Source: an uncultured virus (IMG/VR IMGVR_UViG_3300028743_000004)
Lineage: Duplodnaviria; Heunggongvirae; Uroviricota; Caudoviricetes
Direction: 5' to 3' (one strand)
DNA: 64,000 bases
IMG/VR virus record: IMGVR_UViG_3300028743_000004
Shown here: piece after piece, positions 26,027-36,455 of the stretch
How positions within the stretch are numbered: the first letter of the stretch is position 1
Layout: every line of letters starts with the position of its first letter
Translations under genes and position numbers: made by a program
Notes under the pieces: model-generated
Told to the model about the DNA's origin: nothing
The model's input: the letters and a program-made list of their open reading frames with translations, nothing else
The model's database searches: none

Positions 26027-26623
26027 TCACGAATAATGGAACTGCAAGATGGTGTGTGCTGGTTTGGCTTCGGATAGCTCGCACTCGAGGACTTTGTTTC
26101 CCCAGGACGACAACGGTTCGCCGGCGGCCGATTGCCCGGCCCGGAAATAGTTGACGGTGTTGAGTTTGGTGTTGATAGACCAGGTGAAAAACCAGTCAGT
26201 ACCGCCGAGCTGCTGACCGCAGACGCTTTGCCCGCAACGAAACGGCGCGTACTGGGTGATGGTCACGGAGTAGCCGAGGCCGAGCGCATAGGCGATGAAG
26301 AACTGCATCGACTGGCCGCCGGTGCTGGTGAGCCGCGCCACGACCTGGTTGCGGCGCCCATGAAATGTGGGTGCCACGCCCGCGCAGGGATCTGGCAGGC
26401 CAAGCGTCTGTTCCCACTCGGTCAGGAAGTTGACTGTGGTCGAGGGGAACATGTCGGTGAGCAGACCGAGGCCTGCATCACTCAAACGCTGAAACGTCGG
26501 GGCAAAACAGGAAACCGCCTGGGCCTGAACACTCGAAAGCTCTTTGGGCCAGACCCGGCCGCGAGGCAACAGCCCGAGCAGCGCTGACGTGAAGTCGGCA
26601 CTGGTGAACGAATACTTGGACAT
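26027..26623 (-). CDS. Baseplate protein (Mu gp48/YmfQ-like)
   Basis: LLPRGRVW...WEQTLGLPD...KPAHT. Confidence 0.85.
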   Translation of the reverse strand: MSKYSFTSADFTSALLGLLPRGRVWPKELSSVQAQAVSCFAPTFQRLSDAGLGLLTDMFPSTTVNFLTEWEQTLGLPDPCAGVAPTFHGRRNQVVARLTSTGGQSMQFFIAYALGLGYSVTITQYAPFRCGQSVCGQQLGGTDWFFTWSINTKLNTVNYFRAGQSAAGEPLSSWGNKVLECELSEAKPAHTILQFHYS

Positions 26624-26630
26624 GGAGGCC

Positions 26631-27758
26631 TCACGCATACATGACGGGGCCCAGAGTCGGCAGATGGCCCAGCGTGTTGGGGATGTTGGCCACCGGGGAC
26701 GTGATCACGAATCCCTTCGTGCCGGCGATTGCTGAAATCGCGGAACCGACATCCGAGAGGTCAACTGCCGACCCATCTGTCAGCGGAGCGCCCTGCTCCG
26801 TCAAGACTTCCGCGATTGCCAAAGCAATGGCAGCGCGGGTTGCAGTACTGGCGCCGGTGAGGCCTGTCAGCGTGAAAGGGATAGGGTTCGCTAATGGCGA
26901 GCAGACATAGGTCATCGCCGTCACGGGCTGCTCGACAAAGATGCTGTTGGCCACGGCGAGTTGGTCGCCGGAGGCAAGGTTTCCAGAGGTGACCCGGTTG
27001 TCGTTGGCCGAGACCCCGTTCGTGCCTTGAGGGAAGCCCTGATTCGCTGAGTTTGCTCCGTCGAACATCACGTATACGACGACGGTGCCTGTGCCGAAGC
27101 TGTTCGGCGAACACCACGCACGGGTAACGCCAGGCACAGCCAAGGCCCATGCCACGTAGTCGTTTTGGGAGCCGCCATTAGGCGTGCTCTGGTATGCCGC
27201 CAGCATCCGTGCGAATAGCGAGTCTTCTGTTTCCTGGTCGAAGCCGTCGGTGATAACCGCGGTAACGGCGCCGCTTGACTGCACTCCGGGAATTGAGGCC
27301 CCCAAAGTCATCAGGCTGTCCACCGGGGTATTGCCCGCCGAGCCCGCGATATCTGCTGTCACCGTTACCGCGATTGAGCCGCCGCTCCCGGCCGTGACTG
27401 TCGCTTGTGTTGTGAATGTCGCCGAGTCACCTCGGACGATTTGCGTGCCTTCGTCGATGATCGCGCGGGCGCTGGCCGGCAGTGTCACCACCATGCTCGC
27501 CTGACTCGCATCTTTTTGATAGACGTTCTTGAGCGCTGCCCAGGCTTGCAGGAACTCGCCGGACGCCGTGTACGGAACCCCCTGCTTCGCGATCCAGTCC
27601 AGATAGCCGTAATTCAGGTGGTCAAGGCCAGCCAGCGCCTTACCCAAAATCGAAACATTTGAAAAGCGAAGAAGGCCATCGGCCGTGGGAAGACCCGATG
27701 TGATATCTGCAGCGACCCGCGATCGCAGGTCAGAGAGCGTGGGTCTCGAAAACGGCAT
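26631..27758 (-). CDS. Baseplate J-like (Mu gp47)
   Basis: RPTLSDL...GGSQNDYVAWALAVPGVTRAW. Confidence 0.9.
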   Translation of the reverse strand: MPFSRPTLSDLRSRVAADITSGLPTADGLLRFSNVSILGKALAGLDHLNYGYLDWIAKQGVPYTASGEFLQAWAALKNVYQKDASQASMVVTLPASARAIIDEGTQIVRGDSATFTTQATVTAGSGGSIAVTVTADIAGSAGNTPVDSLMTLGASIPGVQSSGAVTAVITDGFDQETEDSLFARMLAAYQSTPNGGSQNDYVAWALAVPGVTRAWCSPNSFGTGTVVVYVMFDGANSANQGFPQGTNGVSANDNRVTSGNLASGDQLAVANSIFVEQPVTAMTYVCSPLANPIPFTLTGLTGASTATRAAIALAIAEVLTEQGAPLTDGSAVDLSDVGSAISAIAGTKGFVITSPVANIPNTLGHLPTLGPVMYA

Positions 27759-27819
27759 GGTTGATAAACTCCAGGCAATAAAAAACCCGCACTGGGCGGG
27801 CCGGTTTCAACAGGCGGTG

Positions 27820-28263
27820 TCAGGTCTGACGCCACACCCAGTTGAACTTGAGATCGGTGGTCGTTCCGTCTGTGCGGGTGATCCGAACAACGGAATACAG
27901 CGTGCTTTTACCTCCAATGGTGGTGGCCACCTTCACGCCGGCGGCAACCTGGTCATCGATGATCCACTGCAGAGCCTCTTGCATGTAAATCTGCGCAAGG
28001 TTGGCTACCTTGGCATCCAGCCGCGAGCGATCAAGCAGCCAAAGTCGAGAGCCAATCGGGACGTCTTCACCTTCATCACCCCACCAGCCCCGGCGATCCG
28101 TACCACCATCAGGCGGAACGTCATCCGGGTTGGCGAGCCGATCCGTGAACAAGCTGATCAGCACGGCTGTGGCCAGGTCATCGCCGCTGGCCAGCGCACC
28201 GCCACTGATTGACCAGTCGCCGGTGCCGCTCTCCACAATCCAGATTGTCGTGATATCGGTCAT
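27820..28263 (-). CDS. Mu gp46-like baseplate protein
   Basis: TAVLISLFTDR...RGWWGD...GSRLWLL. Confidence 0.9.
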   Translation of the reverse strand: MTDITTIWIVESGTGDWSISGGALASGDDLATAVLISLFTDRLANPDDVPPDGGTDRRGWWGDEGEDVPIGSRLWLLDRSRLDAKVANLAQIYMQEALQWIIDDQVAAGVKVATTIGGKSTLYSVVRITRTDGTTTDLKFNWVWRQT

Positions 28264-28835
28264 TGCAGTTGGTCCGGTACAGGGCTGGACGCGTGGTGGT
28301 GCCCGTTGTAGATGGTGCGCATCTGCGCCACGGTATGCGGGTTGGTCTGATAGTTGTCCTGGATATCACCGCTGACCTTGAGGATTGGCGTCTGCATCAC
28401 CACGCTGTTCGAGGCATTGATGGTCACGACGGTGGCATTGTTGACCGTCACCGGGCTGCCAGCGGCCTCGATGACGATGCCCGCGGCATTGGTGAGGTAG
28501 ACGTGTTTTCCCTGCAGGTCGTACAGCATGGTTTCGCCCTTGGTCAGACCCAGCGGACGACTCGCCTGGTGCCCGGTCGCAACCACGACACCTTTCGAAC
28601 GGTCCCCGCCAAGGAAGACGACCAGCACGTCTGAGCCGTCCGGCGGTACCGAAGTCAGGCCAAACTCGGCAATTCGCGGCGTATCGTCCCGCGTCTCGTC
28701 ATCATTAAGGGAGATCTGAAGTAACTGTGCCGGCTGACTGTCATCGGCGAAGGTGATGCGGCCCCAGCTCGACATCAACTGAATTCGGCGCCAGAGGCGC
28801 TGCATAATTCCTTCTGCGTCAGTAATTCCGGTCAT
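28260..28835 (-). CDS. Baseplate spike (Mu gp45/gpV-like)
   Basis: FGLTSVPP...GGDRS; C-terminal HHH. Confidence 0.85.
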   Translation of the reverse strand: MTGITDAEGIMQRLWRRIQLMSSWGRITFADDSQPAQLLQISLNDDETRDDTPRIAEFGLTSVPPDGSDVLVVFLGGDRSKGVVVATGHQASRPLGLTKGETMLYDLQGKHVYLTNAAGIVIEAAGSPVTVNNATVVTINASNSVVMQTPILKVSGDIQDNYQTNPHTVAQMRTIYNGHHHASSPVPDQLQ

Positions 28836-29929
28836 TGATGCACCTGGGCGACATCGCCAAATAGAGGGGTCAGGTTGATGGGTTGCGGCACGAATGCTGA
28901 TGGCGGCATGAGCGTTAATTCGGCAGTCGTTCCCCGACCGTTGGCGCGCAGAAAGGTTACCTCGGTGATCAGCAACTCTGCGTAGTTCAGGTTGAGTCTC
29001 GGGAGAGACACAGGAACAAGCGTATTTGGCTCCCACAAGGCTCCGGACTCATCTCTCCAACTGTCGGTGACCAAACGAACAACCATCGACCGCCCGGCTC
29101 GACGCGCGGCCTCCCAATGAGCCCGCTGAATGGCTATATCATTCCCAAGTCCGCCGCCCTCGGAAATAATGACCATTCGCCGATGGCGCAAACAGTTTGG
29201 ATCGGTCGCTACACCAAGTTTATTGCCGGCCTCGCCCGCATCCAGATAAGTCTGAGTTGACTGAATGTAGGCTCTGTACTCGGAGTAGCGGAGATTTGCC
29301 GAATAATCGATATATGCGTTCTGAACATTTACGCCCTCAGCAAATCCGCTTACTACTGCGTGATTACTGGTTTGGGAAAGATACAGCCCGCCGTCTGGCA
29401 AGTCGTAAGCAAGTACAGCCGAGCCTCTCGCCACTCGGTCAATAATTTCGAACGCTGACTCGCCCAGCATTATATTTATTTGCGGCAGTATTGGTAATTC
29501 GTCGGAGGCCATACTGCTGGTGACTTGTATCCCTTCGGGCTTTCCGTTAACGACAGGGCCGTATGCTGACGCAAGGCGCTTAGCGATACCCAACACATTT
29601 GAGTTACTGATCTGCCCCCCTGGCCACTCTGCAGCACAATCCACCAGATCAGCACACTTGGAGCGACCAGTTAATCTGATCGAGTGGTCTGATGGACCGA
29701 AGCTTGGAATGTAGTGGTCTATATAGCCCGTTATGACGAGATCGTCTCCCAGCGCAACCGCACACGATGAGCCGGGGATAATTCCCAGATCGGCAAGCTC
29801 GCCCTGGTAAAGCTCTGTCATCCCGATACTGAAGTCGCTGGGTACCCGCTCGATTCCGCGAGTCACGCGAATATCGGTCCAGCCAGTGATGGCAATCTGC
29901 CCCGAGGATATGGTTAGATCATCAGTCAT
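28832..29929 (-). CDS. Baseplate hub (Mu gp44-like)
   Basis: GWTDIRVTRGIE, GRSKCADLVDC, LWEPNTLV. Confidence 0.85.
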   Translation of the reverse strand: MTDDLTISSGQIAITGWTDIRVTRGIERVPSDFSIGMTELYQGELADLGIIPGSSCAVALGDDLVITGYIDHYIPSFGPSDHSIRLTGRSKCADLVDCAAEWPGGQISNSNVLGIAKRLASAYGPVVNGKPEGIQVTSSMASDELPILPQINIMLGESAFEIIDRVARGSAVLAYDLPDGGLYLSQTSNHAVVSGFAEGVNVQNAYIDYSANLRYSEYRAYIQSTQTYLDAGEAGNKLGVATDPNCLRHRRMVIISEGGGLGNDIAIQRAHWEAARRAGRSMVVRLVTDSWRDESGALWEPNTLVPVSLPRLNLNYAELLITEVTFLRANGRGTTAELTLMPPSAFVPQPINLTPLFGDVAQVHQ

Positions 29930-29992
29930 GGCGCTGCCTTATAGATGTCAAGGGTGCACGCTCAGGATAAAAACCATAAGCAAGGGGAAAGT

Positions 29993-30385
29993 ATGAAACG
30001 GCACGTTTGGAAAGTAATTTTTATTGCATTAATTCTTGGGATGTATCTGTTAGCACAAAAAGTCTCTACCAATAATGATTTCGAAAACAAAAGCACCGCA
30101 CTAATGAAGCAGCAAGGATTGAAGATAATAAGCGCGCTCGACCAATCTCCCGGCTGCAAAGGCATGTACTCTCTGCAATCAACCTCATTCAAGCAAGACT
30201 CTTTCTTTAGTACAACAGGCAAAGGAAGATCATTTTACACCGACAACAAAAACAACATTCTCGATGTGGATTGGAGTGCTGAAATTGTTGACGACGGTAA
30301 AATGATTTTTGTTAAAGCTAGCGATACAGCTTCACTCCAAGCCAAACTAACCGCATTATTGTTTACTTCGTGCCAAGCTTCGTAA
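29993..30385 (+). CDS. AT-rich moron, predicted membrane-anchored protein
   Basis: N-terminal TM; low GC; opposite strand within the tail operon. Confidence 0.7.
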   Translation: MKRHVWKVIFIALILGMYLLAQKVSTNNDFENKSTALMKQQGLKIISALDQSPGCKGMYSLQSTSFKQDSFFSTTGKGRSFYTDNKNNILDVDWSAEIVDDGKMIFVKASDTASLQAKLTALLFTSCQAS

Positions 30386-30406
30386 CATACCAATCTTTTT
30401 CATGGG

Positions 30407-31837
30407 TTATTTCGCTAACGCCGCAACCGATCCCGGCATGAACGCCGGGTGAATCGGGTTTGCCTGCTGGATCAGTTCGTCAGACCGCGTCGCGTCCTGG
30501 TACAACCGGTTGGCCATCACCAGCGCCGGGAGCTGAGTTTTGAAGGTGAACACCTCCAGGCTCGGCAACGTGGCCCCGGTGGTGGTCAACGCGCCCACGA
30601 CAGCCTGACGCAGATCGATCAGCGCGTTGTAGCTGTCGTCGTCGCCCGTATCGCCGGCAACCAGAATCTCGGCATCGAGGAAGCCGGTCACCGTGTTCAT
30701 GGTGGCAATGGCCTGATCGTAGGATTGCGGAACGTAGGTCGCGACCACTTGGCCGATCGCCGCCAGAGCGGCCCGGCGCAGCAGTGCGGCGGTGGCGTCC
30801 TGCGCCGTAGCCTTTCCGGTACCAATGGCACCGCTGCCGCTGAATGCGGCCGGTGTATAGCTCGCCAGTGGGCCGAGCAGTGAAATGGCATTGCCAGGGT
30901 CAGCAATGGCGGCGACAAGGGCAGTCATGACGCCCTGCACCGCGTCAGTAAACGCCTGACCGCTGCTGGCATCCAAATTCGCCGCCGCGTTGGTAAGAGT
31001 ATTCATTGCGACATCCACTGCCGTCCGATTGGCCGTATTCTTGGCAATCAGATCGGCCATGGTGGCGCTGCTGTCCTTGGCCTTTTTACTGTTGATCAGC
31101 GCGCTGCTGACGTTAGCGTTTGCATAACGGCCGTTGTTGCCGGTCAGTAGCGCGCCCAGGCTGCTGATGCTGCGGATATCGTGAGTGACACGGCCGACCA
31201 TCACCTTGAAGTCAGCAATGACGCCCATCACCATGCTGACGATGGCTTTGCCGAACTTGATGACCCCCTCCACGACATTGATCACCGCCGTCACGCCGCC
31301 GATAACCTTCTTAACGAAGTCTAGCGCCGACGAAAGGCCCAGCGCGGCAGCCAACTGATCTAGTAGGCTGCCGGTGGACGTTGTGATGGCCGGGAAAACC
31401 CGGTCGCCGGACTCGATGAACGTGAAGCTGATCTCGAAGTACCGCCCCATGTCCCAGCGCTCTATCACGCTGAGGCCCTGGTCCGGAACGCTGACTTTCA
31501 ACGCACCCAGCGTCGGGTGCATCAAAGCTCCTGGCCCCGGTTTCTCTGCGGCGCCCACCAACGCATCGCGCTGAGCAAGGACATTGCCGCCGCCGTAGAT
31601 GATGCTGTCAGTCACCAGAAAGCCCGTCATCCTGATCCGGCGAGTCGAGCGCCCCATGTCCTCGACATAGGGTTTATCGCGACCTGGATATTCGTGCATT
31701 GCAAGGCGACGTCCGAAGCGCGCATCGCCGCCATAGACCGCGAACGGCACACCCCGAAACGACGCTTGATTAAGCGAATCAGCCCAGCTCCTGTTGGAGT
31801 CTTCCGCGATCTGAATGATGTCGGAAAGCAAACTCAT
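30407..31837 (-). CDS. Mu-like DNA circularization protein
   Basis: ASFRGVPF...HEYPGRDKPYVEDMGR; IHPAFMP. Confidence 0.9.
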   Translation of the reverse strand: MSLLSDIIQIAEDSNRSWADSLNQASFRGVPFAVYGGDARFGRRLAMHEYPGRDKPYVEDMGRSTRRIRMTGFLVTDSIIYGGGNVLAQRDALVGAAEKPGPGALMHPTLGALKVSVPDQGLSVIERWDMGRYFEISFTFIESGDRVFPAITTSTGSLLDQLAAALGLSSALDFVKKVIGGVTAVINVVEGVIKFGKAIVSMVMGVIADFKVMVGRVTHDIRSISSLGALLTGNNGRYANANVSSALINSKKAKDSSATMADLIAKNTANRTAVDVAMNTLTNAAANLDASSGQAFTDAVQGVMTALVAAIADPGNAISLLGPLASYTPAAFSGSGAIGTGKATAQDATAALLRRAALAAIGQVVATYVPQSYDQAIATMNTVTGFLDAEILVAGDTGDDDSYNALIDLRQAVVGALTTTGATLPSLEVFTFKTQLPALVMANRLYQDATRSDELIQQANPIHPAFMPGSVAALAK

Positions 31838-33861
31838 GCGATGTTCCCCACTCCAGAATGCGCAATGCGGCTGGATGCCTGGACGTTGCCATCCGCCTTC
31901 ACGTTGACCTTCGTGCCTTCCGGCATGTTCTTGTGTTCGATTTCGACCTTCACTGTCCCGCCAGTATTACCAGCGGCTGCACCATCACTAGGGTCAGCCG
32001 GTTTGGTGTATGGTCCAGTTGGTGCTAGCTGAGGAAGATCCAATTGATTGGCCAATGCGCCACGCGTTGCGGCTTCCCTGGCCTTCGCTTCGTCATCCAG
32101 ACCAGGACGCAGCCAGCGGCGCGAAGCAATTTCACCGGCAGACTGCGCATCAGTAGCGCCCATCAGCAATTTACCCGCAGAGGCTTCCTTGCCTTGAGTT
32201 AGTTCGTAGTTGGCAAATTCAAGCTGCTTCAGGCGGTCAGCCCGATCATCAGTGATCTTGAAACCAGCCCAGTTTTCAAAGTCCTTTTGACGGTCAGGGT
32301 GTAGCTGGAAGATCCCCCGCGCAGTGGGGCCGGTCAGCCCCCAGTCGCCAGTCGCCTTGGGGTCAAGATTACTTTCGGCGATGCCATTGCCGACGATCCC
32401 GGCAGCTTGCGCCTTGGTCCATCCCATGGATCGGAGATAGTCCATCGCAAAAGACGCGGTATCCTCGTCAGCCCCCTTCAACTTTCTCCAAGCATCTGAA
32501 ATTGCCCGCTCGCCAGCTTGCTGACCAGGCGTTTGCGAGCCTGTAGGCGCAAGGCCTTGGCGCGCACGGATCTTGGCTACTTCCTTGTCTTCTCCGTCAT
32601 TTAGCGTCGGCGAATAAAGCATTGCACCTATACCCGTCCCGACTGCAGCTGTGCCGGCGCCGATCCAGCCGAGCAAGCCTCGACTCGCCGCTGCAGCCTC
32701 TGTAGCCGCGCCAGCCTCCGCTGCGGCAACCTTCCAGCCGCTGAGAAGCCCAGTGAAGGCCAAAACCCCTGCACCAGCGGTCAATAGGTTTGCGCCCAGG
32801 GACAGCACACTGACAATCAAGCCTGCGTTCATCACTCCTAGGACAAGCAGCGCGGCGTTTTCCCAGCCACCGAGAAAGCCAACAACTTTTCCAATACCCT
32901 CACCAAACTTGACGAGACCATCGCCGACGCCCTTCCAGTCGATAGTGTTGACCCATTTGGCAAAGCCCTTTGCCCAATCGCCAATGTCGGTAGCAATCAA
33001 ATCCCTATTGGTCGCAAGCCAAGTTGAAAACTGATCGATTAAGGGCTGCATGACCGGAATCAGCTTGTCGCCAATGGAGTTTTTCACCCCATCCACCGCG
33101 ATTCCTAGCCCCGCCAGGCTCATAGAGAATTCTTTGCCGCGTTTAACGGCGTCATCACCCATGACATAGCCCAAACTCTTGACCATGCTTTCATATCGCT
33201 CGATGCCCGCCGCGCCATCCCGAAGGAAAGGCAGCATTGCACCAAGACCGACACTGTTGGCGATCAGCGCCTGGACCTGCGGGTTAGTTTCCTTGGCGAT
33301 AGCGTTGGCCACTGCCTTGTATTCGCCAATCACGTCATTGGCACCGTCCTTGGTCTTTTTCAAGCCGATACCCAGCTTGTTGAGCATCACCAGCGCGCCC
33401 TGATTACGGCCCCACTGTGCGTCCTGCATTGTGGTAGCCAATCCATCCAGGCTGGCCGTGGTCGTCGAGGCATCAATACCCAACAACTTCGCTGCCCCCT
33501 GGGCGCTTTGCAATTGACCTGCAGATATCCCTATACCGCGCGCGCTGTTATCGATGGACCGTCCCAGGTGTGCCCAGTTATCAGCGAGCGCTGCAATACC
33601 GGCGACCGAACCAATGCCAGTAACGGCAGCCAGCGGCGCAACGATGTTGCCGATGCTGCGTGCTGCGCTCCCTGCGTCACGCCCGATGTTGCTGAGGTTT
33701 TTGCCGATCTTGTCGAAACCCAGTTCGTGACCGAGGCCTTTAAAGGACTTGCCAACCTCTTCGAACGGACGAGTCAGGCGACCAATAGCATCATTGACCT
33801 TGCGCACGGTCGCCGTGGCTTTATCCACCGCGCTGATCGTGATCGTGAAGCTATTGGCCAC
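31834..33861 (-). CDS. Tape measure protein with tail-lysozyme-like domain
   Basis: ISAVDKAT N-terminus; AAGIVGNGIAES...GIFQL. Confidence 0.82.
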   Translation of the reverse strand: MANSFTITISAVDKATATVRKVNDAIGRLTRPFEEVGKSFKGLGHELGFDKIGKNLSNIGRDAGSAARSIGNIVAPLAAVTGIGSVAGIAALADNWAHLGRSIDNSARGIGISAGQLQSAQGAAKLLGIDASTTTASLDGLATTMQDAQWGRNQGALVMLNKLGIGLKKTKDGANDVIGEYKAVANAIAKETNPQVQALIANSVGLGAMLPFLRDGAAGIERYESMVKSLGYVMGDDAVKRGKEFSMSLAGLGIAVDGVKNSIGDKLIPVMQPLIDQFSTWLATNRDLIATDIGDWAKGFAKWVNTIDWKGVGDGLVKFGEGIGKVVGFLGGWENAALLVLGVMNAGLIVSVLSLGANLLTAGAGVLAFTGLLSGWKVAAAEAGAATEAAAASRGLLGWIGAGTAAVGTGIGAMLYSPTLNDGEDKEVAKIRARQGLAPTGSQTPGQQAGERAISDAWRKLKGADEDTASFAMDYLRSMGWTKAQAAGIVGNGIAESNLDPKATGDWGLTGPTARGIFQLHPDRQKDFENWAGFKITDDRADRLKQLEFANYELTQGKEASAGKLLMGATDAQSAGEIASRRWLRPGLDDEAKAREAATRGALANQLDLPQLAPTGPYTKPADPSDGAAAGNTGGTVKVEIEHKNMPEGTKVNVKADGNVQASSRIAHSGVGNIA

Positions 33862-33973
33862 GTGGCTTACCCCTTTATTCGTTTCGCCTGGTCATTCCAG
33901 TACATCAGCTGGGTCATGGTTTCGGACCACGCATCACGCGGCCCCCACCCGTAAAACTTGGTCAGTTCAGCAA

Positions 33974-34267
33974 TCAGTTCTGGCCAGCCGCCTCCTCCTG
34001 CTGGCCAGCGGCGGTAAAAGTCTGGAAAAATTTGTCCGCCGCCATCAAATCGCGGCGGCTGATTTTCTCAACCGCGACACGTGGGATTACTGCGATCAAA
34101 CTGACCAAGGTGATCACCGTGCCGATATTGGTGTCAGCGCGAGCAGATTTTTCCATTTCGCCGGCAGTGGGCTCGCGAAGCTTGAGTACTTCGTAAGTCT
34201 GAGCCGTGGCGTCCTTGCCAATGACGACCGGCTTGCTGAGCGTGATGGTGATTTCGTCTTCAAACAT
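33974..34267 (-). CDS. Tail assembly chaperone (with predicted -1 frameshift extension to 33867)
   Basis: LREPTAGE; P2 gpE'-like -1 frame downstream. Confidence 0.85.
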   Translation of the reverse strand: MFEDEITITLSKPVVIGKDATAQTYEVLKLREPTAGEMEKSARADTNIGTVITLVSLIAVIPRVAVEKISRRDLMAADKFFQTFTAAGQQEEAAGQN

Positions 34268-34270
34268 GGA

Positions 34271-34639
34271 TCAACTCTCCGTGACGGATGCGCTTTCCCA
34301 CTTCATTTCGATAGTGGCGTCAGCAGCTTTGGATTCGGGTTGCTCGGTAGTCCACATGCCACTACCGATGACGGTTTTGCCGTTGGCCAACTCGCACACA
34401 ACGGTGACGTTACTCATGGCGTTTAGGTCGGAAAGACTCAGGTTTGACGAGTCACGAAGCGTGGCCCCGATGTAGCCCTGTTCGGGTTTCTCGCTGTAGC
34501 CATGAATGCCGTCTGGCCCCTTCAAGGTTTCACGGGAAACGCCGGAAACCTTGTAGGAAAAATCGCCGGACATCATGTAGGTCACGCCGTCGACGGACAG
34601 GTAGGCCGTGCCGGCGAGACGATTGGGGTTATCAGCCAT
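34271..34639 (-). CDS. Tail tube protein
   Basis: LAGTAYLSVDG...GIHGYSE...ELANGK. Confidence 0.87.
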   Translation of the reverse strand: MADNPNRLAGTAYLSVDGVTYMMSGDFSYKVSGVSRETLKGPDGIHGYSEKPEQGYIGATLRDSSNLSLSDLNAMSNVTVVCELANGKTVIGSGMWTTEQPESKAADATIEMKWESASVTES

Positions 34640-34696
34640 GTTTTTCTCCAGGCGAAAAAAAACCGCTCAATGGCGGCCGGGTTCAAAGGGCCTGGA

Positions 34697-36175
34697 TTAC
34701 AGGCGGAATTGCTCAAGCAGCGCGAAGATGCGCAACTGATTGATCAAGGTGTCGGGCGAAAGCATGTCGACACGGTTGGGGTTCGAACCATTGCGCTCGA
34801 CAATCAACGCTTTGGCGTAGATGTCGGCGTCTTGAACCATGCCCGCGGTTTCCATCTTTCGATAATTGGCAATCATGTCGGCTCGGATCATGTTTGGAGT
34901 CACGATCGCGGAACCAGGCGCGAAGCGCGTGCCGTTATCAGCCAGCTTCACCCGGGCGTATTTGGACGTCACCAAGGTCTTCTGAGAGCGCAGCACGTAC
35001 ATCAGCAAAAACAGCGTCTCGACCTGCAGATAGCTGTCATCCGGTGCATTGAAGGCATTTTTTTGGTATGTGGTGATCAGGTTCTCGAGCGCCACCGTAC
35101 CGTCACTGGCGACCGTAAATGTGGATATCCCATCCCACAGCAGTGTGTTGCGCTCGCCGAGATCGAACTGCGAAGCATCGGGCGGCGCCAACACGGTGCT
35201 CAATGCCAGTGTTTGCAGCGGGCGGCCGGGGTCGGCGCGCAGCGCCACAGCAGCGGTTGCAGCCATATCAGCGGCCCAGATCCAAGCAGGCGACGGCGAA
35301 TCATAGAACCCGATGATGGTTTCATGCTGGTTGTTCCGCGCGTTACCGGCGGTGGCCAGTGTCGACAGCGTTCCGCGCTGGGCGGCGAACACATGGCCGT
35401 AGACCTGACTTGCGTAGCTCCAACGCCCGGTCTTGTCGCTCAGTAGGTTTTTCAGCGAATTCAGTGAGGCGATGTCGGTGTACGGCGAAACAATGAAGTC
35501 GAACGCACGGTCGCCCAGGTTGGACAGCGCAGTATCCAGCACCGGGTTGGTCGCGCCGAAGGCCATCGGGGTGATAGTCAGCGTCAGTCCGTCCGGGGTC
35601 GCCTCATTCCCAGAGGTACCCTGATAGTTCAGGCGCAGGTCGATTTCATTGCCGGCAAGGCCTTTGTTCTTGGCTGTGAACGTTACTGTGGCGGTCGAGG
35701 CGGCCGCAGTCACAGGCAAGTCAGCGCTGCTGTTGACCAGCGCCGCCAGCGCGGTAGCGATAGCGGCAGCCAGCTCGCCAGCAGTGACGACCAGGCTGAT
35801 CAACTGGCCTGCGATATAAAGCGAGATCACGCTCGTCGCGGAGGGACTGCCAGCGACCAGCAAGGTGCCGGTGGCAGCAACACCACCCGAGGCATCAGCC
35901 AGCGGCAGAAACCACACTTCGCCAAAGCTGTCTGAGGCGATGTACGCAGCGCTCATCAGGGCAAGCATCGAGCCCTGGCCGCCCTGAGCCTTGGCATCCG
36001 CGACACCTTGGCCCAGTACTGGAATATTGACTACGCCGGTGCCAGCCGAGGTAATTTGCCCGATGATCAGTGCGCGCTGGGTCTGCGAACCGCTGTTGGC
36101 CTGGGAGTTGTCGACCTCAGCGTAGAACAGCGGAACACGCACATTCGACGGGATATTGCTAAACGGAACGGTCAC
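34697..36175 (-). CDS. Tail sheath protein
   Basis: IPSNVRVPLFYAEVDNS; DPGRPLQTL. Confidence 0.92.
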   Translation of the reverse strand: MTVPFSNIPSNVRVPLFYAEVDNSQANSGSQTQRALIIGQITSAGTGVVNIPVLGQGVADAKAQGGQGSMLALMSAAYIASDSFGEVWFLPLADASGGVAATGTLLVAGSPSATSVISLYIAGQLISLVVTAGELAAAIATALAALVNSSADLPVTAAASTATVTFTAKNKGLAGNEIDLRLNYQGTSGNEATPDGLTLTITPMAFGATNPVLDTALSNLGDRAFDFIVSPYTDIASLNSLKNLLSDKTGRWSYASQVYGHVFAAQRGTLSTLATAGNARNNQHETIIGFYDSPSPAWIWAADMAATAAVALRADPGRPLQTLALSTVLAPPDASQFDLGERNTLLWDGISTFTVASDGTVALENLITTYQKNAFNAPDDSYLQVETLFLLMYVLRSQKTLVTSKYARVKLADNGTRFAPGSAIVTPNMIRADMIANYRKMETAGMVQDADIYAKALIVERNGSNPNRVDMLSPDTLINQLRIFALLEQFRL

Positions 36176-36447
36176 TGGCTGTCGCTCCCATCAGAGGGTG
36201 TGGATTTAATCGCTTTGGTATCGGCGAGCACCGGTGCAGCAGCCGGCAAGTCAGCGGGCTTGGTTTCGTTTACAGCAGATGGCAGCACTTCTGGCGCGAC
36301 TGTCGGTTTGGTGGCCGTGGCGTCGCCGCAGGCAATACGGCGCAACCAGTAGAAGTCGCCATCGCCGACCTCGCGCCCATCAGGGGGCAGAAAGTCACGC
36401 TTGACTGGGTCGCGGACGAGCAACCCCGGGGAGGGAAAGACGCGCAT
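36172..36447 (-). CDS. DUF2635-like small tail protein
   Basis: PGLLVRDP...YWLRRIACGD. Confidence 0.8.
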   Translation of the reverse strand: MRVFPSPGLLVRDPVKRDFLPPDGREVGDGDFYWLRRIACGDATATKPTVAPEVLPSAVNETKPADLPAAAPVLADTKAIKSTPSDGSDSQ

Positions 36448-36455
36448 AAGTGCTC

